Part shown: piece after piece, positions 38,294-48,622 of the stretch
Layout of the letters: every line of letters begins with the position of its first letter
Numbering within the stretch: the first letter of the stretch is position 1
Source of the DNA: an uncultured Pseudomonadota bacterium
GTDB lineage: Bacteria; Pseudomonadota; Alphaproteobacteria; Rs-D84
Reading direction: 5' to 3'
Length of the DNA: 64,000 nucleotides
Assembly (NCBI GenBank): GCA_949283535.1
Contig: CASDTC010000001.1
Coordinates: 8,540-72,539, forward strand
Translations under genes and position numbers: made by a program
Notes under the pieces: model-generated
What the model saw: the letters and a program-made list of their open reading frames with translations, nothing else
Told to the model about the DNA's origin: nothing
The model's database searches: none

Positions 38294-41200
38294 TTATTTT
38301 TCTGCACCATCATATACGGTAAATGTGCCAGATTTTCCCATCGCATTAATTTGTGGGTTATACATTGATTGGGCAGAAACTGGTGGAATACTGAATTTAC
38401 CGGCAACCCCCAATTGAGCAGTGTATGTAAATTCTGATTCTGTGCGGTTCAGGTCGGTGTATATCAATACCCGATCTTCACGCATTTCAGAAAATTCAGC
38501 GTTCCCGTTTACAGAATCTATGGTTGGTATGAAGCCGCCTGGCAACAGGTCTGTGATTACAACATTGTCGGCGACATCAGTATTGTTGCGTGTGCGTGCA
38601 AATATTTTTACGGTTATAATACCGCCGATATTCCCAGATGTTATTTTATTACCGTTCATATCATAATATTCACGAATAATTTCGATACCATTTGAATATT
38701 GTGCGGTGGTTGTTGGATAACCTTGCTGTATTATTGTGTAATACAGTGTATTATTGTCATTACAATCGTTGCATATTATATTTAATTCAGATGTATCAGA
38801 TGGAATATTCATCATTATGGCATTGTTTTCTGGGGTAATTATTTTTGCGCCTGAATCATTTAATGCAATCGATATTTCTGGCAATTCAGTCGCATTTGAT
38901 TTTTGACCAGACATTGCCATTATTACCGCTGCAGATGTGTATGCGCTGTAATCGCCAGAATTTATATATTTGCGTATGGCGTCTGATTCCGTTGCATCAT
39001 TGTGTGTATTAAAATATTTTGTCGCCATGTAATAATACATTGAATCATTCGCAACGCTGTTGTCAAACATTGCATTGTATGCGAATTTTGAATTTGATGA
39101 TAATTTATATTTTGTAATTAAATCGTATGCTAAATCATCTTGCTTTAATATTTTATACGATGTTGCAATGTATGTTCCCATCAGTTTCGATTGCCAATCT
39201 GGTATATTTTCATTGGCGTATTGGGTGAATGTATCAATATAACTGGTTGTTACATAATTGTTTTCAGAAATAACATATATTGCATATGCCATTGCTGCTG
39301 CGTATGTGTCGTCTGTTATTGTGGCACCCGCAAAACTGCGCAGGTAATCGATCGCACGCGATAACATTTGGTCTGGAACTGTGAATCCCGCATCATTTGC
39401 AATTGTTAAAAACTGTGCAACATATGCGGTTAAATATGCCGTATTGGCGTCATTTTCAGGTGTGATACCCGTTGACCATAATGCAAACGAACCATCATCA
39501 TTTTGACGATTTTTTAACAGATTTATTGTTTCTGTGATTTTTTTCGCCGATGTGTCAAATGTTGTCCCCAATATTTTATCATCTGGGAACAAGGCATATG
39601 GCATTGCACGTGATACCAATTGTTCTGTACACGGCAGGTCATATTTTGACAGATATTCATATAATGGTATTACCATTGCCGTTGCGCCACGGGTTATATA
39701 AATGCGATTTGTTGCAAATTCTGGGTACATTGATATCAGAAAATCTGTCGCGTTTGTTTTTGATGAATTTATTTCACCAAATTTAATATTTGTTGTAAAC
39801 GGTGTAATTGGACGCACTGATAGTGTGTTTATGGCATTGCGTGTTGCCAATGTCTGGTCATCAGGTGATGTCAGGCGGGCATTTGTTGTTATTTCGGCAT
39901 TGCCCAGTTTATCAGTGGCGCGTGCATCAAATGTAAATAATTTTTCTGATTCAAATGGCACAATTGCACTTGCGGTGGTATTTGTTATTTCAATGTCATC
40001 GGTTGAATTTATTGATACAGATGCATTGGCAGATGTACCACTGTCGCGTGTCATGTTCGTTATTACTGAATTTATTTTAAACGAATCGTTTGGCGCAATA
40101 AATGTTGGTGCAGATGTAGATATTATTAACGGTGATTGAACCAATGTTTTTGTGTCTGTGGCACCAACCGCGTTGTCACGTGCGGCAATTGCAAATACAG
40201 TAATTTCACCATTAAAGTATTCAGGAATATCAAATTCAACGGTGCCTGGTTTATTTGCCTGGGCGTTAATAATGCCAGAATAGAACGCAACTGGTGGTAA
40301 TGTACGGCGTGCAAATGGATTATTTGTGATTTGTTCCAATGCGCCTGCATCCCCACCGTAATCACCACCACCAGTTTTCGCATATTCACGTAATATGTTA
40401 TATTCAGGCAACAATAATGATAAAATTTGATATGTATTTACCTGTAATGCAGATTTTTGAAAGAAATGTGCCAATGGATTTGGAATTTGATATTTTGCAA
40501 CCTGTAATATGCCATGATTAATTGCAAAAATCATCATTCTGGCGGATTTATCAGATGTGTATTTTACGGTTAATTTATTATCCGTAATTATTTCTGGGGT
40601 TTGTAATTTTATATTTATATTATGTGCCGATGTGTCGGATGCAAATGGTGCAACCGCATATGCATATGGGATTGTGAATATATCGTGGCTGTTTATATCA
40701 CGGACAAATGATACATTGATGTACCCAGTACCTTCAAATCCAGATGGAACGGTTATATGTTGTACAGATGTTGTAGATTTTGTTTTAAACCATTTGTACG
40801 CATATACTTTGTCGCGTTCGATTGTTATTAATCCAGTGCCAATATATGGCGCGGTTATGTTAATTTCGATTTCTTCGCCCGGGGCATATTCGGTTTTATC
40901 CAATTTTATTTGTAATTCTGCGTTTGTGTCTGTTTCCAATGTTGTATTTTCGCCTGCAACAAAATATTCAATATTTGTCAATATTCGGTCTGATGAATCC
41001 AATATTTGCAGGAAATATGTTCCGCTGTTTTTTGTGTTTAATGTAATATCTGTTCCTGTTTGTGGAATGTCGATTTTGGATTCTGATACGATTTTATCTG
41101 ATGAAACAGTTTGGTATTTATAGTAATTATTATAGTCTTTGACCAATGTGGTTTTATTTTCACGGCGCATCAGGCGCATTGTTAAGCCTTTTGCCACAGT

Positions 41201-44062
41201 TTGCGTTGCCGTATGATCCAGTGCGATAAAATTAATTTTATGTGCGGAATTTTTGTTTATATATGATAAATCTGTTGATGCATGATATCCAATCAGATAT
41301 TTAGCATCAGATACGCGGGTTGATATATTTGTTTGTACACTGGTGCCAGAATTTGCATCAAAACCACGGATGTTCATTGTCATAACATATGTCCCAGATG
41401 GAACAGGTGTATCAAATTTTATATCGATTGTTGCCATGCCGTTTTCGTCTGTGGTTGTGTCTGGTAATTCAACAGACATTGTTTGTGCGCGGCGTGCGGT
41501 ATTTTCGGAAATTTCACCATTTAATGTAAAATTTGGGGTGAATATATATTTGCTGTATTGTGGGAAAGAATATTGTACAGGTGTTAATGTTGCATTTGCC
41601 GCAATCTTGCGTGATACAGCCGGCGTTCCAAATAAATTACGCAGTGAAACATTTGCCGATAAATTATCTGGTGCAATCCATCCGTTTTCAGTTGCGTCCG
41701 CAATATTTGCCGTAATTTTCATGGTGTCTGGCATGAATTCTTGGACATCAAAGTTTAATGCGCCCAATGTATCCTGGGGCAGGTCGCGCGTATTTAATGA
41801 ATAAACAAATGCGTTCCATGTACCCAATTGTGCATCAGATGGTATTTCATATTTTATATCAAACATGCCGTCTGAATTCAGGGAAAATGTTTTTTCTAAT
41901 GCCAATCGACCCCGTGCATCACGCAGTTCAAATTTTACAGGTATTCCTGCCAATGATTTAAATGATTTGTTTTTTACAATTCCACCAATAATCATTGATT
42001 CCCCAGGACGATAAATTCCACGATCAGAAAATATAAATGCATTTAACGGATTTGATGCAACAGAATATACACCATCAATATCAAATTTAGAATATTCAAC
42101 GCGTTGTGCGTACGCATTATATGGGATGAATGCGACATCATTGCCGTGCCGTGCAACAATTGCAACGGGTTCGCGGGCATTTCTGTATTCTGACCATGAT
42201 AATTGGGGAATGTCAACACGACCATTTTCATCTGTGCGACCAACCCATACCGCATTACCATTGCGACCCAAGACGGAAATTTCAACATCTGATGCCGGTT
42301 TGCCACTGGACAGATTTGATACAAATACAGATGATGATTCGTCCAGATTTGCTTTACGAATAATTCCCATGTCCGTCAGTAAAATTAAGCGTTTGTCATT
42401 ATAGTTTGCCGTATTTTCCGATGTGCCAGTTTGAATAACAAATATTCCAGTATTATCACCATATGTCCTGTCCAGGTAATCACCCAGGTCAACAGATGCA
42501 TAACTGGCGCGGGTCATTGATGGATTGGCAAAAGATATTTTTTTCTGGAATACAACAGACATATCATATACACCAAATGCCCATGATTTGAATTCCATTG
42601 CCGACGAGAAAACATCATATGTTTGTGATATTAAATGATTTATTTCATCTGATTTTATTTTATATAAATTTATGTATGCGGTATCAACACCACCACGGGC
42701 AACGATACCTAGTTTACGGTCCCCTGATAACGACAATAATGCGCCTGTGCCGGAAATTTCAACTGTTGCCGCCGGGTATGGTACGCGCATTACGTTGTTT
42801 ATACCGTTCTTCATTATAAAATCGTTTGCGGATTTTGTTCCTGGTTTTACAGATACATATATATATCGTGGACCATTGTCAGACACAACATAAGAAAAAG
42901 CATATTGATGAACGCCGTTTGGTGATGCAATGTCCATACTGGTCAATTCCAGTTTTTGTGATTTGTTTAAAACATCATCTGTAATTTCATCGTTTTTCCA
43001 TTCGTGGTTGCGGTTTGATTTTTCTTCATCGTTGTTATGATATTTTGGCAACAGATATGCAGATATATATTCAGACCAATTTGTTTTATCAGATGCAGAT
43101 GCCGTGGTATTTAGTAATATTGCCTGGTTCGAATTGCCGTCAATGTTGTTTGCAATAATTGTTTCTAGTGATGAAATTTTATATATGTTATCCGCAGATT
43201 CAACAGTCGCATGCGCGGTTAATTTTTCTGTGCGTGAATCACCCGCCATTGATGGAACACGATTTAATTTTAAACGTATTGTTTGGGCGACATCTGTTAT
43301 TTTTACGGGTTCGGATATAATAAATGCAGTACGATGGAATTTGTCGAATCGTACATTAAAATTCAACTTTTTATTATCCAGTTTTAAAGATACTTTATCT
43401 GCAAAATCGGTCGTATTAATTTCGTAATTGAAAGATATAACCGCAATACCAATGACAGATTTTTTATCATCATGGGCGGTATACAAATTAAAATTATCGA
43501 CAGTTGCCGTAATTTCCGGTGTTGTAAAAGATACGCGTGTGGTGTCTGGTTTTACATCGTCATTAAAAATATCAGAATTTATTTTTACGGTGAATTTTGT
43601 TCCAGCGGGCCATGCAGATTCTGGGGTAAATATAACCGTGTTATCGCCGCGTATTGACCAAGTACCGCGAACAAACGGTGATATTTTTATATTTTTTGCC
43701 AAATCTGCGTCTGTTAAATTCATTTGAAAAGCTGGGGCATAATTTCCAGATTCTGGGGTATATGAAATTACAGCGTTACCAGATGTGCTGATGGTTCGGC
43801 TGTTGTTTGGTTCAGGAATGCTGGATGGGGTCGCAAAAAACAAGGTGTTATTGTCAGTAAATGTTGCAATGTCCGGGATATACACATTTGCGGTAAATAT
43901 TGCTTTATTATTATTATTTGCCGCGATATGCCACCATGCTATTGCGCCAATTATGATGATTACAGCCGTTGAAATCGCGCCGATTATTAATTTTGTGCGG
44001 CGTGATATACGCGATGCAGTTTTTTTTCTTTTTGCTGAATTTGAATGCTGTGAATGACGCAT
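38294..44062 (-). CDS. Bacterial alpha-2-macroglobulin (YfhM/ECAM-like), thioester-containing, TM-anchored
   Basis: The ATG at 44062 follows AGGAAGGGG. N-terminal signal-anchor LIIGAISTAVIIIIGAIAWW. It has many Ig-like MG-type repeats and a thioester CTEQ, and sits immediately upstream of pbpC. Confidence 0.9.
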   Translation of the reverse strand: MRHSQHSNSAKRKKTASRISRRTKLIIGAISTAVIIIIGAIAWWHIAANNNNKAIFTANVYIPDIATFTDNNTLFFATPSSIPEPNNSRTISTSGNAVISYTPESGNYAPAFQMNLTDADLAKNIKISPFVRGTWSIRGDNTVIFTPESAWPAGTKFTVKINSDIFNDDVKPDTTRVSFTTPEITATVDNFNLYTAHDDKKSVIGIAVISFNYEINTTDFADKVSLKLDNKKLNFNVRFDKFHRTAFIISEPVKITDVAQTIRLKLNRVPSMAGDSRTEKLTAHATVESADNIYKISSLETIIANNIDGNSNQAILLNTTASASDKTNWSEYISAYLLPKYHNNDEEKSNRNHEWKNDEITDDVLNKSQKLELTSMDIASPNGVHQYAFSYVVSDNGPRYIYVSVKPGTKSANDFIMKNGINNVMRVPYPAATVEISGTGALLSLSGDRKLGIVARGGVDTAYINLYKIKSDEINHLISQTYDVFSSAMEFKSWAFGVYDMSVVFQKKISFANPSMTRASYASVDLGDYLDRTYGDNTGIFVIQTGTSENTANYNDKRLILLTDMGIIRKANLDESSSVFVSNLSSGKPASDVEISVLGRNGNAVWVGRTDENGRVDIPQLSWSEYRNAREPVAIVARHGNDVAFIPYNAYAQRVEYSKFDIDGVYSVASNPLNAFIFSDRGIYRPGESMIIGGIVKNKSFKSLAGIPVKFELRDARGRLALEKTFSLNSDGMFDIKYEIPSDAQLGTWNAFVYSLNTRDLPQDTLGALNFDVQEFMPDTMKITANIADATENGWIAPDNLSANVSLRNLFGTPAVSRKIAANATLTPVQYSFPQYSKYIFTPNFTLNGEISENTARRAQTMSVELPDTTTDENGMATIDIKFDTPVPSGTYVMTMNIRGFDANSGTSVQTNISTRVSDAKYLIGYHASTDLSYINKNSAHKINFIALDHTATQTVAKGLTMRLMRRENKTTLVKDYNNYYKYQTVSSDKIVSESKIDIPQTGTDITLNTKNSGTYFLQILDSSDRILTNIEYFVAGENTTLETDTNAELQIKLDKTEYAPGEEIEINITAPYIGTGLITIERDKVYAYKWFKTKSTTSVQHITVPSGFEGTGYINVSFVRDINSHDIFTIPYAYAVAPFASDTSAHNINIKLQTPEIITDNKLTVKYTSDKSARMMIFAINHGILQVAKYQIPNPLAHFFQKSALQVNTYQILSLLLPEYNILREYAKTGGGDYGGDAGALEQITNNPFARRTLPPVAFYSGIINAQANKPGTVEFDIPEYFNGEITVFAIAARDNAVGATDTKTLVQSPLIISTSAPTFIAPNDSFKINSVITNMTRDSGTSANASVSINSTDDIEITNTTASAIVPFESEKLFTFDARATDKLGNAEITTNARLTSPDDQTLATRNAINTLSVRPITPFTTNIKFGEINSSKTNATDFLISMYPEFATNRIYITRGATAMVIPLYEYLSKYDLPCTEQLVSRAMPYALFPDDKILGTTFDTSAKKITETINLLKNRQNDDGSFALWSTGITPENDANTAYLTAYVAQFLTIANDAGFTVPDQMLSRAIDYLRSFAGATITDDTYAAAMAYAIYVISENNYVTTSYIDTFTQYANENIPDWQSKLMGTYIATSYKILKQDDLAYDLITKYKLSSNSKFAYNAMFDNSVANDSMYYYMATKYFNTHNDATESDAIRKYINSGDYSAYTSAAVIMAMSGQKSNATELPEISIALNDSGAKIITPENNAIMMNIPSDTSELNIICNDCNDNNTLYYTIIQQGYPTTTAQYSNGIEIIREYYDMNGNKITSGNIGGIITVKIFARTRNNTDVADNVVITDLLPGGFIPTIDSVNGNAEFSEMREDRVLIYTDLNRTESEFTYTAQLGVAGKFSIPPVSAQSMYNPQINAMGKSGTFTVYDGAEK
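39620..39631 (-). other. Thioester motif C-T-E-Q of the alpha-2-macroglobulin
   Basis: The reverse complement tgt aca gaa caa encodes CTEQ within YDLPCTEQLVSRA. Confidence 0.8.
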
Positions 44063-44242
44063 GTGAAACCCCTTCCTGCTTAATGTATTTATATTAGATG
44101 CGAAAAGGTGAAAAAACAAGTCAAATTAATTAATTTTTTGCACATGTATATTTTTATGAGATTTTGTCTGTGTAAAAACTGGGGAGCGGCTTTTATGGGG
44201 CGAGAATGCGTGTGTTTGCCAACAGATAAAAAGGGGTAGAAT

Positions 44243-44878
44243 ATGATATATGGCTATATACGTGTGTCAACAGATCACCAAACCACCGAAAATCAAAGAT
44301 TTGAAATTAAAAAATTTTGTGAAAAACAAGATTTATCAATTGATTGCTGGATTGAAGAAACTATTTCTGCAACAAAAGATTTAAATAAACGAAAATTAGG
44401 TAGACTGATTAAAAGAATTCAAAAAGATGATATGATAATTGCGTCTGAATTATCACGATTGGGACGCAATTTGCTGCAAATAATGGGTATTTTACACCAT
44501 TGTATGGATATCGGGGCAAAAATTTGGACGATAAAAGATAACTATCGATTGGGGTCAGATATCACCAGCAAAGTTTTAGCGTTTGCGTTCGGTTTGTCGG
44601 CGGAAATTGAACGCAATTTGATATCGCAACGAACAAAAGAAGCCTTGGCGCGTATAAAAGCCGAAGGCAAACATGTTGGGCGTCCCCAGGGCAGCCGCAA
44701 TATATGCAAATTAGATGGTCGTGAAAAATACATATCACAAAAATTGGCGTGTGGCAGCAGCAAATATGAAATTGCCCGGCGATTGCGTGTGCATCGTGAT
44801 ACACTTAGTAAATTTATTAATGTACGTGGAATAACATCAGAAGAATTAATCTTGGATGACGATGATGCAAATCAATAG
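44243..44878 (+). CDS. Small serine recombinase (resolvase/invertase family)
   Basis: RBS AAGGGG; catalytic MIYGYIRVSTDHQ; SRLGRN; C-terminal HTH KYEIARRLRVHRDTLSKFI. Confidence 0.85.
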   Translation: MIYGYIRVSTDHQTTENQRFEIKKFCEKQDLSIDCWIEETISATKDLNKRKLGRLIKRIQKDDMIIASELSRLGRNLLQIMGILHHCMDIGAKIWTIKDNYRLGSDITSKVLAFAFGLSAEIERNLISQRTKEALARIKAEGKHVGRPQGSRNICKLDGREKYISQKLACGSSKYEIARRLRVHRDTLSKFINVRGITSEELILDDDDANQ

Positions 44879-44923
44879 TCATTCATGTGCATTTTTATTT
44901 GTTTGAAAAATGCTAATTTTTTC

Positions 44924-44952
44924 TTGATTTCTGGATACATGTGGGATATTAT
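44924..44952 (+). promoter_or_regulatory. Candidate sigma70 promoter of rpsB-tsf
   Basis: TTGATT-17 nt-TATTAT. Confidence 0.35.
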
Positions 44953-45067
44953 GTGGGTACGCATTTTGGTGCGAAGAACACAGCTGTACGGTTTATATTT
45001 CTGTCCAAATATTTATTTGGCGTTTTACCAACGGCGAGGATAACAACAGAAAACAAAGGATATTAGC

Positions 45068-45928
45068 ATGGCATTGCCAACATTTACAATGAAACAGTTA
45101 ATGGAAGCGGGCGTCCATTTCGGGCATCATACACGCCGCTGGAACCCGTTGATGACACCATATGTTTATGGGGTCAAAGATAAAATTCATATTGTTAATT
45201 TAAATAAGACTGCACCATTATTATATCGGGCAATGGTCGCATTAGAGGCTATCGCTGCTGCAGGGGGCAAGATTTTATTCGTTGCCACAAAACATCAGGC
45301 AAAAGATATTGTAAAAGATGCAGCAGAACGCTGTGGACAATTTTATGTGAACAATCGTTGGTTGGGCGGTATGTTGACAAACTGGACAACGGTTTCACAA
45401 TCGATACGCCGTTTGAAAAAGATGGAATCTGATATTGAAAATGCCGATAAATTGGGATTAACCAAAAAAGAAGTCGGCGTTATGACCAAAGAAGTTGAAA
45501 AATTGCGCGATATCTTTGGGGGTATATTGGATATGCATGGTACACCACAGGCGATGATTGTAATTGATGTACCACGTGAAATTAACGCAGTACGCGAAGC
45601 AAAAATATTAGATATTCCAACAATTGCAATTTGTGATACAAATGCAAATCCAGAATTGGTTGACTATCCAGTGCCGGGCAATGATGATGCGGCGCGCGCA
45701 ATTCAGTTGTACTGTGATTTGTTCGTTGATGCAATTTTATCTGGTATTGAAAAGCGTTTGGGTGGTGCCGCCGGTAAAAAGGTTGAATCTGATATGGCAG
45801 ATGCCGCCGCAGACGATTTCGAAGCAGATGTAAAAGATAAAGAAGCCCGTCAGAAGTCTAAAACATCAGAAGCACGCGCAGAACGCCGTGGTAAATTGAT
45901 GGAAAAGGCTGAAAAAGCGGATAAATAA
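45068..45928 (+). CDS. rpsB: 30S ribosomal protein S2 with charged C-terminal extension
   Basis: MKQLMEAGVHFGHHTRRWNPLM..; RBS AAGGA. Confidence 0.95.
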   Translation: MALPTFTMKQLMEAGVHFGHHTRRWNPLMTPYVYGVKDKIHIVNLNKTAPLLYRAMVALEAIAAAGGKILFVATKHQAKDIVKDAAERCGQFYVNNRWLGGMLTNWTTVSQSIRRLKKMESDIENADKLGLTKKEVGVMTKEVEKLRDIFGGILDMHGTPQAMIVIDVPREINAVREAKILDIPTIAICDTNANPELVDYPVPGNDDAARAIQLYCDLFVDAILSGIEKRLGGAAGKKVESDMADAAADDFEADVKDKEARQKSKTSEARAERRGKLMEKAEKADK

Positions 45929-46010
45929 TTAAGAAAGTGCGGATAAACGGTGCGGGTGCGGAAATAACCGTATCTGCACCTGGTTAAACAAATAATATAT
46001 GGGGGAAAAC

Positions 46011-46880
46011 ATGGCAGAAGTAACAGCGAAATTAATTCAGGAACTGCGCGAAAAGACATCTGCGGGTATGATGGATTGTAAAAAAGCGTTGGTTGAAAAT
46101 AATGGTGATATCGAAGCAGCAGCAGATTGGTTGCGTCAAAAAGGTATTGTAAAGGCGGCGTCAAAGGCGGGGCGTGTCGCGGCATCTGGATTGGTTACAG
46201 TTGTAAAATGTGATGATATGGGATGCGTGGTCGAAGTTAATGCAGAAACAGATTTTGTTGCAAAAAATGATAAATTCCAAAAATTGGTTTCAGATATTGC
46301 CGCAAAAGCCGCAGAATTAAAGGGCGATTTTGACGCCACAATGAATGCCGTCAAAGATGATATTGCTGCAACAATTTCAACAATCGGTGAAAATATGAAT
46401 TTGCGCCGTATTGCAAAGGTTTCTGGGGATCATATCTATACATATATTCATAATGCATTGGTTCCAGGAATGGGGCAAATCGGTGTTGTTGTTGCAATTA
46501 ATGGTGATTCTGAGAAAATTGATGAAATTGGCAACAAGATTGCAATGCATATCGCTGCAAACAAGCCAGAATATATGACCATTGACGATGTTGATCCAGT
46601 GGCGGTTGAACGCGAAAAGAAAGTGTTTATTGAATCTGGGGCAACAGCTGGAAAGCCGGAACAAGTCGTTGAAAAAATGGTTCAGGGTCGTATCCATAAA
46701 TATTATGCTGAAACTGTTTTAGAAGAACAGCCGTTTGTTATGGAACCGTCCAAGACCGTAAAGCAGGTTGTCGAAGAAGCCGGTGGTAAATTGGCAGGTT
46801 TTGCGTATTTTGTCCTGGGCGAAGGTATCCAGAAACGCGAAGATAACTTGGCCGATGAAGTCGCGAAAATGTTGTCGTAA
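46011..46880 (+). CDS. tsf: Elongation factor Ts
   Basis: The ATG at 46011 follows GGGGGA. MAEVTAKLIQELREKTSAGMMDCKKAL. Confidence 0.95.
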   Translation: MAEVTAKLIQELREKTSAGMMDCKKALVENNGDIEAAADWLRQKGIVKAASKAGRVAASGLVTVVKCDDMGCVVEVNAETDFVAKNDKFQKLVSDIAAKAAELKGDFDATMNAVKDDIAATISTIGENMNLRRIAKVSGDHIYTYIHNALVPGMGQIGVVVAINGDSEKIDEIGNKIAMHIAANKPEYMTIDDVDPVAVEREKKVFIESGATAGKPEQVVEKMVQGRIHKYYAETVLEEQPFVMEPSKTVKQVVEEAGGKLAGFAYFVLGEGIQKREDNLADEVAKMLS

Positions 46881-46898
46881 TTGGCAACTGTTTGGTTA

Positions 46899-46930
46899 TA
46901 AAAAAGTCCGGCTGGTTACCGGATTTTTTT
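46899..46930 (+). terminator. Rho-independent terminator
   Basis: aaaaaagtccgg-ctggtta-ccggattttttt. Confidence 0.8.
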
Positions 46931-46989
46931 ATTATTTTTCTGGAAAAACAGTGGGGTGCGTGGTATTTTATTAACATAAGGATTTGGTG

Positions 46990-47379
46990 ATGGACAGATA
47001 CAAAATTCATGACATAAAATATTATGATGTTGGTGCGAATTTATTCTTGGGACAAAATGGTCAACTCGTGCGGACTCAAATCGTGCCATTGGATTTTGTT
47101 TACGGATTGCACCCCGGGGATGTTGTTCGTGGACTGGGGCGACGTGATTTGATGTCATATCACACCGCATTTTCATGTCGGGGGCGGCTGTATTTGGTGC
47201 TGAAACCAATGGGCTATGGATACAGAGACTATGTGTCACGATTTTTTGATGCGGGTGACAGAATTTATTTTGGATATGCGTTGGCGCGGAATTTGATTTC
47301 GCGTGGAATTATGCCAACATTAGATACTGCAAAAAATCTGGGGTTGTTTTTAGATGGACGCACAGGTAAAATAAGATAA
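46990..47379 (+). CDS. Hypothetical protein (129 aa)
   Basis: The ATG at 46990 follows AAGGA (the track start is TTG at 46984). No recognisable motif. Confidence 0.45.
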   Translation: MDRYKIHDIKYYDVGANLFLGQNGQLVRTQIVPLDFVYGLHPGDVVRGLGRRDLMSYHTAFSCRGRLYLVLKPMGYGYRDYVSRFFDAGDRIYFGYALARNLISRGIMPTLDTAKNLGLFLDGRTGKIR

Positions 47380-47404
47380 AGGTCATTTTAAGCAGGGGTA
47401 CGTT

Positions 47405-48622
47405 ATGCAAAACGAATTATTACGGGAACTGGAATCGCGCGGATTTATTAACCAGTCATCAAATATGGATGGATTGAATGATGCATTGAATGCCGGGCAT
47501 ATTGCGGGATATTGGGGAACAGATCCGACCGGTGATTCATTGCATGTGGGGCATTTGGCATCATTGATGTTAATGCGATGGTTTCAGAAATATGGGCATA
47601 AACCGATTTTATTGGTTGGTGGCGCGACGGGGCGCATTGGCGACCCGTCGGGTCGTGACAAGGGGCGCCCAATGTTGACAGATGCACAAATTGAGCATAA
47701 TTGTGCAGGATTGCGTAAATCAATTTCAAAATTTATTCATTTTGGTGACGCGGAAAATGATGCCATAATGGTTGATAATAATGATTGGATGAAGAATTAC
47801 GGACATATGGAATTCTTGCGCGAATATGGTACTGATTTTACAGTGCCGCGTATGTTATCAATGGAAAGTGTGCGGCGCAGATTGGAAAATGGAATGACAT
47901 TTTTGGAATTTAATTATATGACATTCCAGGCGGTTGATTTCTTGACGCTGTATAAAAAATATAATTGTATATTGCAATTCTGCGGTGCAGACCAGTGGGG
48001 CAACAGTATAATGGGGGTTGAATTAATTCGCAAAAAACTGGGTAAAGAAGCCTTTGTTTTATCAACATCATTAATTACGGATTCGCGTGGTGAAAAAATT
48101 GGAAAGTCGGCGGGTAATGCCGTTTGGGTAAATGAAGAAAAAACATCACCATATGAATATTATCAATATTTTCGTAATACCCCAGATGATTTGGTGGAAA
48201 AATTCTTGAAGATATTTACAGAAATACCATTGGATGAAATTGCGCGCCTGTCCAAATTACAGGGTGCGGAATTAAATACCGCAAAAAAGATTTTGGCATT
48301 TGCCGCAACTGAAATTGCGCATGGACATGATGCGGCGGTGGCGGCGGAAAGCGCATCAAATGCATTATTCGCCGGGGGGGCGGGTATGGAAAATGCGCCA
48401 ACATTTGAATTGGAAATGAATGATGCAATGGGAATTGTTGATTTTTTGGTTGCGATAAAATTGTTCCCGTCTAAATCAGAGGCACGCCGTATGATAGAAC
48501 AGGGGGGAATTCAAATTGACGGCAATAAAATCACTGATTGGAAATCTGTTGTTTTGCCAGTCGATGAAATAATGGTACAAAAGGGTAAAAAAACATTCTT
48601 GCGTGTTGTTAGAAAGGCATAA
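47405..48622 (+). CDS. tyrS: Tyrosine--tRNA ligase
   Basis: HIGH-type motif SLHVGHL, KMSKS-type motif KIGKS, and a C-terminal S4 domain. Confidence 0.95.
   Translation: MQNELLRELESRGFINQSSNMDGLNDALNAGHIAGYWGTDPTGDSLHVGHLASLMLMRWFQKYGHKPILLVGGATGRIGDPSGRDKGRPMLTDAQIEHNCAGLRKSISKFIHFGDAENDAIMVDNNDWMKNYGHMEFLREYGTDFTVPRMLSMESVRRRLENGMTFLEFNYMTFQAVDFLTLYKKYNCILQFCGADQWGNSIMGVELIRKKLGKEAFVLSTSLITDSRGEKIGKSAGNAVWVNEEKTSPYEYYQYFRNTPDDLVEKFLKIFTEIPLDEIARLSKLQGAELNTAKKILAFAATEIAHGHDAAVAAESASNALFAGGAGMENAPTFELEMNDAMGIVDFLVAIKLFPSKSEARRMIEQGGIQIDGNKITDWKSVVLPVDEIMVQKGKKTFLRVVRKA

Noticed and set aside
44243-44878. Insertion sequence or prophage boundary at the serine recombinase.
   Set aside because: There is no transposase, no long terminal inverted repeats, no direct target duplication and no phage genes. 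Only 9-bp inverted matches were found.
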